NCBI RefSeq assembly: GCF_046119375.1
Contig: NW_027362771.1
Coordinates: 261,764,001-261,828,000 of the forward strand
DNA from: Phyllobates terribilis
Lineage: Eukaryota
DNA: 64,000 nt
Direction: 5' to 3'
A model generated the notes under the pieces. That model worked only from the letters and a program-made list of their open reading frames with translations, was not told the DNA's origin and ran no database searches. Numbering within the stretch: position 1 is the stretch's first letter; each line of letters starts with the position of its first letter. Of the stretch, positions 1 through 28,816 are shown one piece after another. The position numbers were made by a program, and so were the translations under genes.

Positions 1-1066
1 ATACGTGGAAGAAAACAGAAGGCTACCCTTCGAATGGATCGAAGTATAGCCGGAATGGCAAAGGCTCAGCCAATGATCAGCTCCAGGATGATCAAAGACA
101 GTCTCAAGTTACCTGTGAGTACTGTGACAGTTAGAAGACGCCTGTGTGAAGCTAATCTCTTAGCAAGAAGACCCTGCAAAGTCCCACTGTAAAAAAAAAC
201 AACATGTACTGAAGCAGATACAATTTGCCAAAGAACACAACCACTGACCTTAAGAGAAATGGACAAACATTTTGTGGACTGATGAAAGTATAATTGTTCT
301 TTTTGGGTGCAAGGGCCGCAGACAGTTCGTCAGATGACTCCCAAACTGCATTCAAGCCACAGTACACTCTGAAGACAGTGAAGCATCAGGATATGGCCAT
401 GTTTCTCTTACTACGGTGCCGGAACTATTTACCACATATACTAGGGATCATGGACCAGTTTGCATATATTAAAATACTTGAAGAGGTCATGTTGCCCTAA
501 GCTGAAGAGGATATACCCTTGAAATGGGTGTTTCAACAAGACAACGACCCTAAACACACCAGTAAACGAGGAAAATCTTGGTTCCAGCCCAACAAAATTG
601 AGGTTATGGAGTGGCCAGCCCAATCCTCGGACCTTCATCCGATACAACACTTGTGCGGTGACATCAAAAATGCCGTTTCTGAGGCAAAGTCAAAAAATTG
701 CAGGATGTAGTCAAAGCATCCTGGGCTGGAATAACAGTTGACGCTTATGTAACATAGATGTGAAGCAGTTCTAAAAAATAAAAAAAACTGTGGGTATACA
801 ACTAAATATAAGGTTAGTGATTCACAGTAATGCTAAATCCTCAAAAAAAGAGTACATATTGTGAGTTTGTAAAGACAAATGCGGACACATTTTTTTAGAA
901 CAGCCCAATGTTTATTTTATGTTATTTTCTGTAAAGTAGTTTAAATTATATAAATTTCTAATTTTGAATTAGAAAACAGTGTGCAATATTCAATGAATGG
1001 AAATAAAAACTAGTATAAAGACTGTGCTTAAATCATGTTTTTGAACACTTATTTTGAACACTACTG
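1..1066 (+). mobile_element. Degenerate Tc1-like DNA transposon, 5' part outside window, with right TIR
   Basis: Frameshifted transposase pieces (LWTDES-like motif near 267-287; [14 protein letters not shown]...EWPAQSSDLHPIQHL in ORF 519..710). Ends in ...TTATTTTGAACACTACTG|TA (reverse complement CAGTAGTGTTCAAAATAA), a Tc1-type terminus with TA target. Confidence 0.85.
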
Positions 1067-2263
1067 TAGATAAAGCATTTTGATGACTGACTTAACAAGT
1101 TTTGTAATCAGACATGGCTGTTAAAAAAAAAAATAGATAATACATCTCACTGTTAGGATTATGCTGATCTTACAACCATCTATCCACTACTTCGCAAAAC
1201 TGCCTTATATTTACACTTTAATAGTGACAAGTTGTTTTACATGCCCACTTGTTTGTAACCGATCCAGTATTGGGGAAAAAAACTGATACAAAATAGACTA
1301 AAGTTTGTTTGTGAATGGATGAGTCTTTCAGTTTTGCATCTTTGTTACGATTGTAATTGATCTGTTCTTACTAGAGGTGTCTCTGATGGTCAGTTATTTC
1401 ATCCATGACGATTTCATCCCCATTCAAATGAATGTGTGTACTTTGTTTTAATGATCCCAAAACCTAAAATAACTACTGCACATCGGAACAGAACCTTACA
1501 TTGCACATAGCCCTGGTCCGGGAAAAATGTATATGTTACCAATGTAAACTGTAGATAAAGGGAATTTATGATGTGAAAATGCTGTTGATCACATGGAACT
1601 GCATAGTACCTAGAAAACTTATTTTGGACTCAGTTTTTAATAGACAACTGTTCAGAAATATGTTCCTAGGATTGTTTCTTTAATGGAGCTGTGGCCAATT
1701 TAATGCCTCACAATACACATTAATATAACATTTATTGCTACATAACTAGAAAATACTGCTTGCTTTGTATTTCTTTGTGGGGATCCAAGAGAAAAAGTAT
1801 GCAAATTATCTCTCCTCCAGAGCGAGGATACTGACTCTAGTGCCAGCTATAGGGTGGGTTTCTCTGGTTTGGCTAATATTCCTAGTTGAGTTTCAAGGCC
1901 CTTTAATGGGTTGGATATTATATTACTAGAGCCAGATAGGAGTGTATATAACCTGTGTAAGATCTTGCACTTCTGGAGGAGAGCTATATTACTTGGATTC
2001 TAAACTACGTTCTATTAATTCCTTCCTTTTTTTCATGTTTACTGCCATATCCCTGTCTCCATAAAATGTGTGGTTAGAAAAATGTATAATTGACAACTAC
2101 CTTCTTTTATTGCACTTCAAAATGGTTAATGTTACAAAAGTTGCTTACTAAATTATTGAAATCTAAGGTGGATGATATAGTATTAATGTTTTATATTGTT
2201 ATTTATAAATTGGAAGTAATTAGGTCAAAAGCTAACTCATCACCTATGAAAACTAGAAAAGAG

Positions 2264-2816
2264 GGATTTTTGGTACTTACCGTAAAATCTCTTTCTTGGA
2301 GCCTTCATTGGGGGAAACAGGTAACTATGGAAAGTACCTCTTAACTGCTTCCCTAGAAGCAGCCAAATGCACAGCCCAGGCCAGCAGCAATACCTACATA
2401 TGGCTACGGTATTGCTGCTGGTCCAGCCTACGCAGTTGGCTGCATCTAGGGAAGCAGTTAGGTACTTTCCATAGTTACTAGGGTTGAGAGAGTATGTTCT
2501 GTCAGAGTATGCTCGGGCCGAGCTCCGAGTATTTATAGCTGCTCGGTGATAAGGTTAAATCGCTCCCGTGTGCATGATTTGCAACTGTTTGACAGCTTTA
2601 TTACATGGGAGGAATGTGTAAGAAATAGACATTCCTCCCATGTAATAAAGCTGTCAAACAGTTGCAAATCATGCACACAGGAGCGATTTAACCTAATCAC
2701 AGAGCAGCTGTAAATACTCGGAGCTCGGCCCGAACATACTCAGCGAAAGGGTTAATAGAACATACTCGCTCAACACTAATAGTTACCTGTGTCCCCCAAT
2801 GAAGCGATAAAGAAAC
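2264..2816. repeat. Palindromic element with DIRS-like terminal sequence, interrupted by a hAT MITE
   Basis: After removing 2479..2778 the sequence is an imperfect palindrome (CATTGGGGGAAACAGGTAACTATGG...ATAGTTACCTGTGTCCCCCAATG). The left end GGATTTTTGGTACTTACCGTAAAATCTCTTTC resembles, from memory, amphibian DIRS termini; family call is inference. Confidence 0.4.
2479..2778. mobile_element. hAT-type MITE (300 bp)
   Basis: TIRs TAGGGTTGAGAGAGTATG / CATACTCGCTCAACACTA; perfect 8-bp TSD ATAGTTAC (2471-2478, 2779-2786); internally palindromic. Confidence 0.85.
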
Positions 2817-2830
2817 CTAATTTTCTTAAA

Positions 2831-2969
2831 NNNNNNNNNNNNNNNNNNNNNNNNNNNNNNNNNNNNNNNNNNNNNNNNNNNNNNNNNNNNNNNNNNNNNN
2901 NNNNNNNNNNNNNNNNNNNNNNNNNNNNNNNNNNNNNNNNNNNNNNNNNNNNNNNNNNNNNNNNNNNNN
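2831..2969. other. Assembly gap (139 N)
   Basis: Run of N bases. Confidence 1.
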
Positions 2970-3098
2970 AAAAATCTGCATATAAAAGTAGCAGCATTGT
3001 GAATGAAATTTCACAAAATCTCATTGACGTGATGCAGAAAGAATCAGCAGTATAAATTCACTGGCACTGCGGATTTAAAATCTGCAGCATTTTCTTAA

Positions 3099-4036
3099 AG
3101 GGTTAGTCCGAAACCCAAAAGTAAATTTCAATTAGTAACTTTTTTGTAATAGATTAGTTTTTAAAGATTTAAGTCCTGGTAAAATTCCCTACCATTCACT
3201 CTATACTACAACTTAGGGTTCTGTTTATTGCACACTTCCTATGACGATTTGTTTGAGAATACCAGTGCAGGATGGGATTCTCCAGCGAATCGTTATCTGC
3301 TGGCTGAAACTGCTGTCACTCCCCTTTCTGCCCTGAAATAAAGCGTCAACGAGGGTGGGGGTTGGAAGCCGTGAAATGCCGACACTCTCCTTGCTGTGTT
3401 GAAACGAAGACTCATCAGTGACTCTTGTTTCAAGGGCTAGTCCCTGCGGTGTCTCCCTTATGCACCATCTCCCCGAGCGCAGCGTCGGGTTTGTTGTCTG
3501 TTTAGATGGGTCGTAATAATCAGGCATCAGAACGGTGTCACTATACCTGGTGTGCAGGAGGACTAGCGTTGCCCCCGCAGGCAATTTCATTGGTCTCTAT
3601 CGGGCATAGCGACACCACTCTGCTGCCGGCTTATTACTATTCATCTAAGCAGACCGGACCCTACGCTCATCACACAGGGGAGACACTGCACAAAGCAGAC
3701 AGAGCAGGGACCAGCCTCTGAAACGAGTCACTGATGATGCCTCGTTTCAGGGCGGCAAACTAAGCAAGAGCGTCTCGGGATGTCCCAGCCCCCTCCCCTC
3801 GATGCTTAGTTTCAGAGTGACAGCAGATTCAGCCAGCAGATGTCAATTCATTTGAGTATCCCATCATGCACTGTGATTCTTAAATGAATCGTCATAGGAA
3901 GTGGGCAATATAAACAGAACCCTCAGTTGCAGGACAAAGTGAATGGTAGAGAATTTTAGTTGACTTAACTTACAAAATGTATTTGTTTTTAAAGATTTAT
4001 TAATTTAAATTTACTTTTGTGTTTTGGACTAACCCT
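3099..4036. mobile_element. T2/Kolobok-like MITE with long imperfect inverted arms
   Basis: TTAA|AGGGTTAGTCC...GGACTAACCCT|TTAA; TTAA TSD; inverted similarity continues for several hundred bp. Confidence 0.8.
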
Positions 4037-5155
4037 TTAAATTCTTCCGAAATTCCACAGGATACAACCAGTGGCATGTTGACTAAGAAAAAGAAAAAAA
4101 AGTTACTTGAATAGATTAAATAAGGCTAAATTACATGAAGATTGTAAAGACGCATATCTTATCAGTCCTCACCCTATTTTTTAGTGTATATGTTATTTTC
4201 AGCCTCGTGTATGAAAGCTGAGAACATTTCAGCTATTACGGCCCAGATTCATTATTGCCATCGCATTTGTTTTGTCTAGTTTTGCGTATTTTGTGCCTTT
4301 CTTTGCTAACAGGATACAATTTCAAAAAACATCACAGAAAAAGATACAGCCTTACCCACACCTAAATCAGATTACCAATGCATTAGCAGGATGCAGCAGA
4401 CCCCATGATATAGGTGGGAGCAGCACAGGTGTAAATACTGAAGAAAACAACCACTCACAAACCTACCAATTCATGGAGGAAGTGGCTGTGTAGTATTTAA
4501 AATGCAGAGATGAGGCTTGCATAGGACTCCAGTCACACACACGTGTGATGCAGTGTGTCTGACTCACAGCCTGTTGATGACGCCCATACTATTAGATCAG
4601 ACAGGCTGTCCAGCATGATGTAAGTGCACAAGGACAGACCCCATTACACCCAACCAACACTAACGGCCTGACTGCATCCTTTTTAAGTCTACTTAATGTG
4701 TTTATTTTGTTTGATGCTGTGGCAGAGTACTGATTCCAGATGTTTTTTTTCTTGTTTCCTCAATTGCGTCTTTTCAAGTTTGCAAAATATGGTGCAAATC
4801 CACTTCAGTCTCCCCTTGGTGTATTTTTGGAGTATGCCAGTATTTTGGCACCAAAAAGTCACAAAAATGGTTCAAGACAGAAATAAGACCATTTTTGACC
4901 TTGACCTAAGTTTATGAATTGTGTGTGCCAATTTGAAGAATTTGGCACAAAAAACGGCAACTAATAAAATGCAAAACAGGAAAGTGACTTAAAAAGAAAT
5001 GCAAATGATGAATTGGGGCCAAAGTCTGGCAAAAAAAAAAAAATTCCCATCTACTTTATCTTGTACTACAAACATAAAATGTATTTCCATACACATGGTT
5101 ATAATGCACATTTGGATATATGTCTGGTCAGTGACCGTATGACTTCTATAATGGC

Positions 5156-5157
<2 letters not shown>

Positions 5158-5186
<29 letters not shown>
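5158..5186. repeat. (AT)n microsatellite
   Basis: Uninterrupted ATATAT run. Confidence 0.9.
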
Positions 5187-5190
<4 letters not shown>

Positions 5191-5855
5191 TTTTAAATCA
5201 ATGTTCAGTAAAGTTCAGATGAAGGAAAATACATACATGTGTTCCTGAAATCTATATAGCTTACTAATACACATGTATCAGCAAAGTACAGATACTGTAC
5301 TTCCACAAGAAATGCTCCTGTGTCGAGCACAAACCGGAAAAGAGCTGCTGGGATTGACAATGAAACAGGGACATAGGTGGAGCTATGCTTATACTAGTAT
5401 GAGTAAGTTCTAGATTTTTCAGGAAACATTTCCTCTAGGAGGTTGCTTTAAATCAGTATCTGTGCTATCATTATTATGGCCAAGTCCTTACCAACATAAT
5501 TTTACCATGATTTTATAGCACAACAAATGCCTCATTAAGAAGGTCCCAGGGTCTGTCAATCATATTAAAAAAGAAATACAACTACAATCGCCACCAGTTA
5601 ATTCAGTCAGTCACAAGCTCCCAATATTACTTACATCTGAAAGTGCTACAGAGGTTTTAATAAATATTCTAAATATTGTGTTTACTGAAATATTTGAAAA
5701 TGTTAGTGTTATGTTATTTGCCAATAGTCTATTTTTCTAGATATATATTTTTATGTTAAATACTACAAAGTGAACTTGCCTGATGAGAATATGGACAAAT
5801 AACTTCTCCAATTAAAATAAAATGATTTGACAACTTAACATGTTTTCTCATTCAT

Positions 5856-5861
5856 TTTATT
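5856..5861 (-). terminator. Candidate PSMC2 polyadenylation signal
   Basis: TTTATT on plus (AATAAA on minus) about 500 nt downstream of the PSMC2 stop codon. Confidence 0.5.
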
Positions 5862-6364
5862 GGTTACAAACAATGTCAGAAAAAGTGATTTCACATGTTT
5901 TATGTTAAACAAATAAAGTTTAGTTACTTTAAGTTATTACTGTAAGGCTTTTTTTTAACTAATTTGATCCAGCATAGAAAGTTCTGAAACTTTGCGAATC
6001 ACGTTCAGGGGATTTGCCTCATTCCTGTAAAAAATAGAAAATGCATGCAAGTGGCTTCTGGACTCCTGTTTTCCCATTGTATTTGCCTACCTTTAGCTGC
6101 ACGTGTGTTTAAATGAGTACATTCTGATATCAATGCAGCTCAAAACAAGCAGACTGGGGAAAAAAAGGAAGCCACTTACATGCATTTTTTTCACACAGGA
6201 ATGAGGACAATTGCTCTAATAAAGTGATTTCATGCTTTACCATGCTGGACAAAATGATTAAAAAAAAAGTTACTCAATTACACAACATGTCTAAAGGCAA
6301 TATTTAAATCGCAACTTTAACTGGGTCACAAACTGTGATCTGGCAATACATTGTCAATAAAGGT

Positions 6365-22387
<16,023 letters not shown>

Positions 22388-22451
22388 GGTGGTAGAGACA
22401 GGAGCAACGGCAGCGACAACACGGAGACGATTACACAGCAAACTGAAGACA

Positions 22452-22480
22452 ACTTCCGGGCGCAACCGGAACCGGAAGCT
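22452..22480. promoter_or_regulatory. Clustered ETS/GABP-type motifs near the PSMC2 start
   Basis: ACTTCCGG (CCGGAAGT on minus) and ACCGGAACCGGAAGC in a CpG-rich stretch 65-95 nt upstream of the ATG. Confidence 0.55.
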
Positions 22481-22617
22481 ACGTCTGCCGACAGCCGCAG
22501 AAAGAGCCTGTAGTGACCGGGCGCAGCAGCCACTAGTGACCACGAGGGGGAGCGAGCTTGCAGTCTGTGATCTTTAGTACACATCACACAGGAATACCTG
22601 CCATGGCTTCCACTCGT

Positions 22618-22695
22618 GTAACAATTCCCATAATGGTGGCCCTGGAATAATGTGCCTTATTTCCCAAATCCCCAGTTTATTAACCCGCAATGCAC
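22618..22695 (+). promoter_or_regulatory. Two ZNF143/SBS-like motifs
   Basis: ACAATTCCCATAATG (22621) and AACCCGCAATGCAC (22682) resemble the ZNF143 consensus common in housekeeping and bidirectional promoters. Confidence 0.45.
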
Positions 22696-23059
22696 CTGCT
22701 ACATGTGGCAAAGAAATCTATCTTTTTTTTTTCATTAGTCCAATAAAAATGAAGCAATTTACAACTAGTCATTAATAACTCCTATTGTTTTGTGTCTACA
22801 CTTGTATAATCCATGGTAACAGACTACAAGCCTGCGTAGTCTGGTCCTGCAGTCCTATTGCTGTCCATGTCCATCTGTCCCCTACTTTTTGTTACCATAC
22901 ATGAAAGAGAATTAGGCCGCACAAGAGTATTTCACCTAAGCCAAAATCCAGATTGGAACCTAAAGAGAAATAAATATAATGGGAAGATTTACACCTCTCT
23001 AAAACGCTGAGCAATGTACACAAGTGTAAAAGTCGCCTTGGAGATGTATTTCTCTCAGT

Positions 23060-23247
23060 AAGGCCACAGCCCCACTATCAGTATTTGGTCAGTATTCGGT
23101 CAGTATTTTTTCTCAGGAGTGGGTGATAAATGTAGAATTGGTGACTTGTTTCTATTATACCTTTTCTCTGATTGTTCCTCACCTGGTTTTGGCTCCCACT
23201 CCTGAGAATAAATACTGGCCAAATACTGATAGTGGGGCTGTGGTCTT
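23060..23247. mobile_element. Small Harbinger-like MITE family; related copies or fragments near 26700-27660, 28031-28206, 28230-28330, 34081-34210
   Basis: GGCCACAGCCCCACTATCAGTATTTGG / CCAAATACTGATAGTGGGGCTGTGGTC inverted ends with TAA/TTA flanks; shared core CAGGAGTGGGTGATAAAT...TTTCTATTATAC. Confidence 0.7.
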
Positions 23248-24089
23248 AGGCGTAATTTGTTTTGTCTGTTATGGAAACAGGTCTTCATAGGAGCTATACA
23301 CACTAAACAACAGATTGGAATTAAACGTTTTTACAAAGTTGACTTATTTTCTACATCTAAGGGAACCTGGCAGGTGTCTGAAGCCTCATAAGAGTATATC
23401 CCCCGACCTGACTGATGACTAGCCCACATAGCGCCTGCAGATAAAGCACCTCTCTAAACAGAGGCGACCTAGCATCTGATAAACAATAAAGGATGTTTGC
23501 GAGCTACAGTAAAGAGAAATACTGCTGAAGATGTGGAGCGCATGTAAAACATTTAACCAGGCTCCATGTGCTCCTAACGCGTAAGCGCTCCATATGTCAA
23601 CATATGAATGCCGTGTTAATGCGACCTACCAAACAAGCAAGCTTAATCACATGGTAATATCAAGTAAGAGACAAACACTCTAAGAAAACAAAGAGATGTT
23701 CACAAAAATGTGAAAAGATGGAGAGGCTATAGATAACACTAATTCACAGCAATGTAGGAAGTCATAATGGAAAGCAACTGTGATAATAAAACCACAGTCC
23801 AGGATGCTTAAAGGGAACCTCTCACCAGTTTTTTGGCTTATAAACTATTCCCATCAACTTTAAAATCATAAGAATGGGGTTCCTGCAACCCCTTTATGTC
23901 CTCAGACGTGTCCCTGCATACCTCAGAAAAAGTGTTTTATACTTGTCTGGCGCTGTATGTAAATTGCGCGGTCCGGTACGGTAGGTGTTTCCAGATTTTG
24001 ATCAGCGCCACCTTGGTCCCTTCCAACGCCGCCTCTTCTAACTGCATGTAAAATGCAATGTCTCTCATATAAAATTGTTTGCTTGTTTA

Positions 24090-25010
24090 GGCATAGGAAA
24101 AAGATCCTTATCCAGTTACAGAAACTGCAACTCCCACACCTAAAGGCACCACATATCCTACAGTCGAGCCAAGTTCCAGGACCTCTGGGTCTACAATAGT
24201 GGCTGTGTACCACTCTCCTGTAGGTAGCAGCTGGTTGTAAGGAGACTATGTCCTTAAAATCCAGATTGGAAAGGAGAATTCCCCAATATTTCCATAAGTT
24301 ATACAAAATATGATCGTTTTGGTAATCATATGTGCATTGGTCCCAGAGATGTTATTCTATAGCAAGACATCAATAATGCTTGTCTACTCCTAGCTGATTC
24401 ACATTTATAGGCTGAGTTAAAAACTGATGAAGGATATCCTTGCTAAGAGCGTCTTTTTTTGTAGCTCTCTCACTTGTTTTTGAAAATCATTATCAGAGGA
24501 ACAGTTCCTCTTAAGGCGTTAGAATTAGTCTTTCAATATATATTTTTTAAGAGGTAACAGGTGGTGGCTTTCCCACCTGAGTATATTATTTGTGACTGTG
24601 AGTTTTCTATACATCAGAGCTTTTAATTTCCCTACTGGATCTTTTTTTATATCCAGAAATGGTAGATAATCTTCAATAACTCAGATGTAAACCATAGACC
24701 GACCAAATTCTTATTTAAATGGAAGACAAACGTGACAAACTCAGCCACAGTACAGCACCACAGGACAAATATGTCATAAATGTACCTTCCATAGTATAAA
24801 ATCTTTGGCTTCACCACAAACCCTTATCTGGGTCTTCCACCAGGATTATTCTACCATCAGACCAAAAGCAAGTTGGCGCACGATGGGGCTGAAGGTTCCC
24901 CGTTCATGTTGCCCCTTAACTGGTGGTATAATTTGTCATAAACAGGAAGTAGTTATGGGACAATATAAATCCCAACAGCTTTATAACAAATTGGTTGTGT
25001 GGTCTAGTTT
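24090..25010 (-). pseudogene. Decayed Penelope-like element reverse transcriptase and Zn-finger linker
   Basis: Across frameshifts and stops: LLGFILSHNYFLF, LYHQLRG...APSCANL, YIYDIFVLW (YIDD motif), LPFLDI, MYRKLTVTNNILRWESHH, WKYWGILLSN, TYRR, GAFRCGSCSFC. Confidence 0.85.
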
Positions 25011-28000
25011 GCCTCTCAATTTGAGGAAACTATCAGTAGCTGTAAAACTGTTGAGGGATACAGCTGCATAATGCCTATACGGTTTTGGAGGCATTCATTT
25101 TTGTGGCAAAGTCACACAATTTTAGCCCAAATTGCAATTGCACATAAATTCTTTTGTGAGCATTAGAGTTTTTATGCTGTCTCAGCTAGTTCTGCCAACT
25201 TTTTGAAAATTGTGCAGACCTTAGATGAGAGTGTGACAGAGCGTAACAGAAAAAAATCATCATAATTTATGTCTTAAATTAAGACAGAAATGTACTTTCT
25301 CGTGGTGGCAATCGGCAGCTGAAAGATGAACAAATTGAATAAGAGGTGCACGATTCTTAATTCATTTGGTGAATCTTACTCCAGTGCACTCTTCATCAAA
25401 AAATGGCAAACAAAATGTCAGTCTTTAATCAGGGCCAAATTCTTCAAATTTACTTACTACCTCTTCGTGGAAGTACAGCTGATATTGACTTATGGTACGG
25501 ATAGGTGCCTATACAACCCTATGAACATCTGCCACACTAAGCCAAGCTATTTCTTCCATTGCTCGTAAGAAGAGGTGGAGTGATGTTGGGGATGCTCTGC
25601 CTGTAGATTAGTGTGCAGCCACATAATTTATCTGTTATTATTTGCTCAGTAGAGCCGTGAACTCTGCTTTCTTCCTAGCGTTGCTCCATTGGGAGGTTAG
25701 TTTGCCTTTCATTTTAAAAAGTTGGAATATAATTTACTATTTAATTGTGGATAGCTATTGTTGGCTGAGTTTAAAAGTTTAATTAGCTCTCAAAATGGTA
25801 AAGAAGAAACTAATTAGTACCGTTTGTCATAGTTTTGCAAAAATGTTATATGCTTAAGCGTCAATAAAATAAGATGTTATCTTTATGTAGGCAGTAACCT
25901 AAACGAGAAGATAAACAAGCAATATGAAAGGGGTGGCCAATCCTATCCTCGAACAACCCCTTCTCAATCCCTATGTTTTCCCCAGTAAATTAACAACACC
26001 TATACTCACCTCTGGTGCTGGCACTTGGGGCTCACATAATTGTTATGTCACGCAATCCCTGTGGCCAATCTGCACTGGCTTCATTCTCCCCGCTCTTGGA
26101 CAAATCATACACATCTGGAGGGAGAGGGAAGAATCCGCAAATAAAATGCATATTTACCGCACAAGAAATTGACATGTTGCAGATATCAAAAACGCATTGC
26201 AGGTCAGTTTATGCTGCGTAAAAAAAAAAGCAGTACAGTGGGCATGAGAGTTCTAAGAATCCAATCAAATTTGCTGGACCTGTAAAAGATTGCAAAGATA
26301 TTTGGCATCAAAAACACCCAAACACTCATCGTGGGAACTTAGCCTCAATGTGGCATTTTTTAGGTGTTTTTTTTTTTGTTGCTGTTGCCCTAAAACTATT
26401 TTTTACAAGAAAATAAAGGGGTCAGGCACTACTATGTCAGATATAAAAGGCAACGTCCACAGGTCTCTGCATTAAAAATAGGTGGTGCTTTGTGTAAATC
26501 AGAGTGATACAACAACATCGTTCATGAAGAGAGGTATATTCGTGGTACTCACCACATTAATATTCAGCTACTGCACATTAATCTCCCGTATATTTCCTGT
26601 ATGCAACTCATGTAAATGAACAGAAATCTTGGATAAAGATTTATGTGGTGAGTGTCGTGAATATACCTGGCTTCATGAAGGATTCTAAAGCAATTTTTGT
26701 TAGGCCATGTGCACACATTGAGTATTTGGTGAATTTTTACCTCAGTGTTAGTAAGCCAAAACCAAGAGTGGAACAATCAGAGGAAAAGTATAATAGAAAC
26801 ACGTCACCACTTCTGTATTTATCACCCACTCCTGGTTTTGCCTGTTACGCTGGTGGGTGTGGACCCACTGTGCCATGGGTCTGGCTTACTCTGGGGGGGC
26901 ATAACTAAGCTGCTACCTGGTCTTCACTAAAGCCTCTGATGGTGAGGTTAGGCTTGAGCTGCAGGTAGCCGCCACGTACCACTCCAGGGCAGTCCCTGGT
27001 ACTGCAGCAGCAGACCCCAAGGATCAGGAATGTAGGTACGGACTCGGAGTAGCAGGCAGGACAGGATCAGGATCACTGGCAAAATGGATACCGGTGCAGA
27101 TTTAGAAGAGATGGGATTAGGATCAGGTTTGGACTGAATGGCTCACACAGACAGGGCAGTTGCAGGATCACAGGACAGACTGTAGTAAAGGGTCGTAGGA
27201 CGGGTATAGAAACACACGACAGACTCTCTAGTAGAGTCACAGGACAGGTACAGGAGCACATTACAGACTCTGGTAGAGATTCGCAGGATGGGTACAGGAA
27301 CAGGGACCTAACAGCGGACTAGTGGGCTAAGACACATTAGAAAATAAAGTAGCTCAGACACTTTCCTAGAGGAGAGGGTGCCTTAAATACCTTATGCCTC
27401 CAGCTATAGGCTGGGGGCATTGCCGGAGTGCACACGCTACCCCTTTAAGAGGCGGGGCGCGTGTGCCCTAAGCATGTTGCCTGGAGACCTGCACCGTGGT
27501 GGTGAGGTAGATTTTTACCTCAGTGTTTGTAAGCCAATGTAACGACGGCGTCCCTGCATGGTTGCTCTCTCTCCTCCCAGCAGGGAGTTTATACTGTGTT
27601 TCATTGGCTTACAAATAGTGAGGTAAAAATCTAACCAAATGCTTAACGTGTGCACGTGGCCTTAATGTTTTGTTAACACTTCCTGATTACTGTTTATGTG
27701 GGTGATTTTCTCACTTTTTTTGAAGTTCATTAAGCAGTTAATAAATTGCTAGCATTTTTTTAGGTAAAAATGCATCAAAAAAAGCTTGCAAAACACTGAA
27801 AAAAAACACCAAGGCGTCTTTGAAGCATTTCAGTAGCATTCCCTGTGACTTCTGTTGTAAAGTATAAAGCGGTTTCCTAGCAGGAAACGTATGAAGTATG
27901 GTCTGGTCACTTATTTTAAAAGATTGTTGTTTTTGATGCCAATTAAAGGTGATCAAAGGACTGAGGGCCTGATTCATCAAAGAATTCTGCAGTAAAAAGC

Positions 28001-28758
28001 TTTGAAAAGTCACAACTCGAGGCAGCTTCCTTAGGCTACGGTCACACGCTCAGTATTTGTTATCCAAAACCAGGAGTGGGTGATAAATACAGAAGGGGTG
28101 ATGTGTTTCTATTATACTTTTCCTCTGATTGTTCCACTCCTGGTTTTGTCTTACAAATACTGAGGTAAAATACTGACCAAATACTGAATGTGTGCATGTG
28201 GCCTTATGCAAAAAATGTTACTCCCTGTCAGAGGAAAAGTATAATAGAAACACGTCACAACTCCTGTATTTATCACCCACTCCTGGTTTTCTCTTACAAA
28301 TACTGATGTAAAATACTGAACGTGTCCTTATAGGGAGTATGATCGGAGAGGTGCATGGCACAAGCAGCGCAGAATGGAGTTAATTAACAGTATTGGGGTC
28401 CATCAGGTTACCATCATGGAGTCTGTCATTTTACTAAGAACAGCATTATTTTTAATGAAGGATCCGTACAACTACGGTGCAAGAGCTTTATACAAAGAGG
28501 AAGCTTAGTCTCATCTGTCCACAGAAACACAAGAAACCGCAGCCTCACACAGTGTGTGCACCGAGAAAGGTGTTGGGAGAGATGGAAACTATGGCCTGTG
28601 TGGAACCATCGCTGCGGGGAATGTGCTGCTGCCCGGGCGGCATTGCATGTGACACCCGTAACCTGGAAGTGCTCTGTGCTTCCTCCATGCGGCTTTGTGG
28701 GTGAGTGCCGGCAGCAGTAACTCCGTGCACCGCTGACTGGCGTCCTCAGGCCGGCACC

Positions 28759-28816
28759 ATGCTGCTAGAAGCACGGACAGAGCTCAGTACGGCCGTCATC
28801 CGGCCCCTCAGTGCAG
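28759..28816 (+). CDS. DNAJC2: DNAJC2 exon 1 ([19 protein letters not shown])
   Basis: Kozak GGCACCATG in a CpG-rich patch; phase-1 donor G|GTACGT fits exon 2; sequence diverged from mammals. Confidence 0.82.

Noticed and set aside
2776-3055. ORFs containing runs of X
   Set aside because: Artefacts of the 139-N assembly gap.
3390-3755. CTGATGA motifs inside hairpins (3405-3425 minus, 3731 plus)
   Set aside because: No stem II followed by GAAA; they are parts of the inverted arms of the MITE at 3099..4036, not hammerheads.
5779-5800. CCTGATGAG motif in the PSMC2 3' region
   Set aside because: No downstream stem or GAAA.
1067-6300. SLC26A5 (prestin) coding exons expected from synteny
   Set aside because: No recognisable STAS-domain sequence; only an unassigned candidate exon is reported as a finding.
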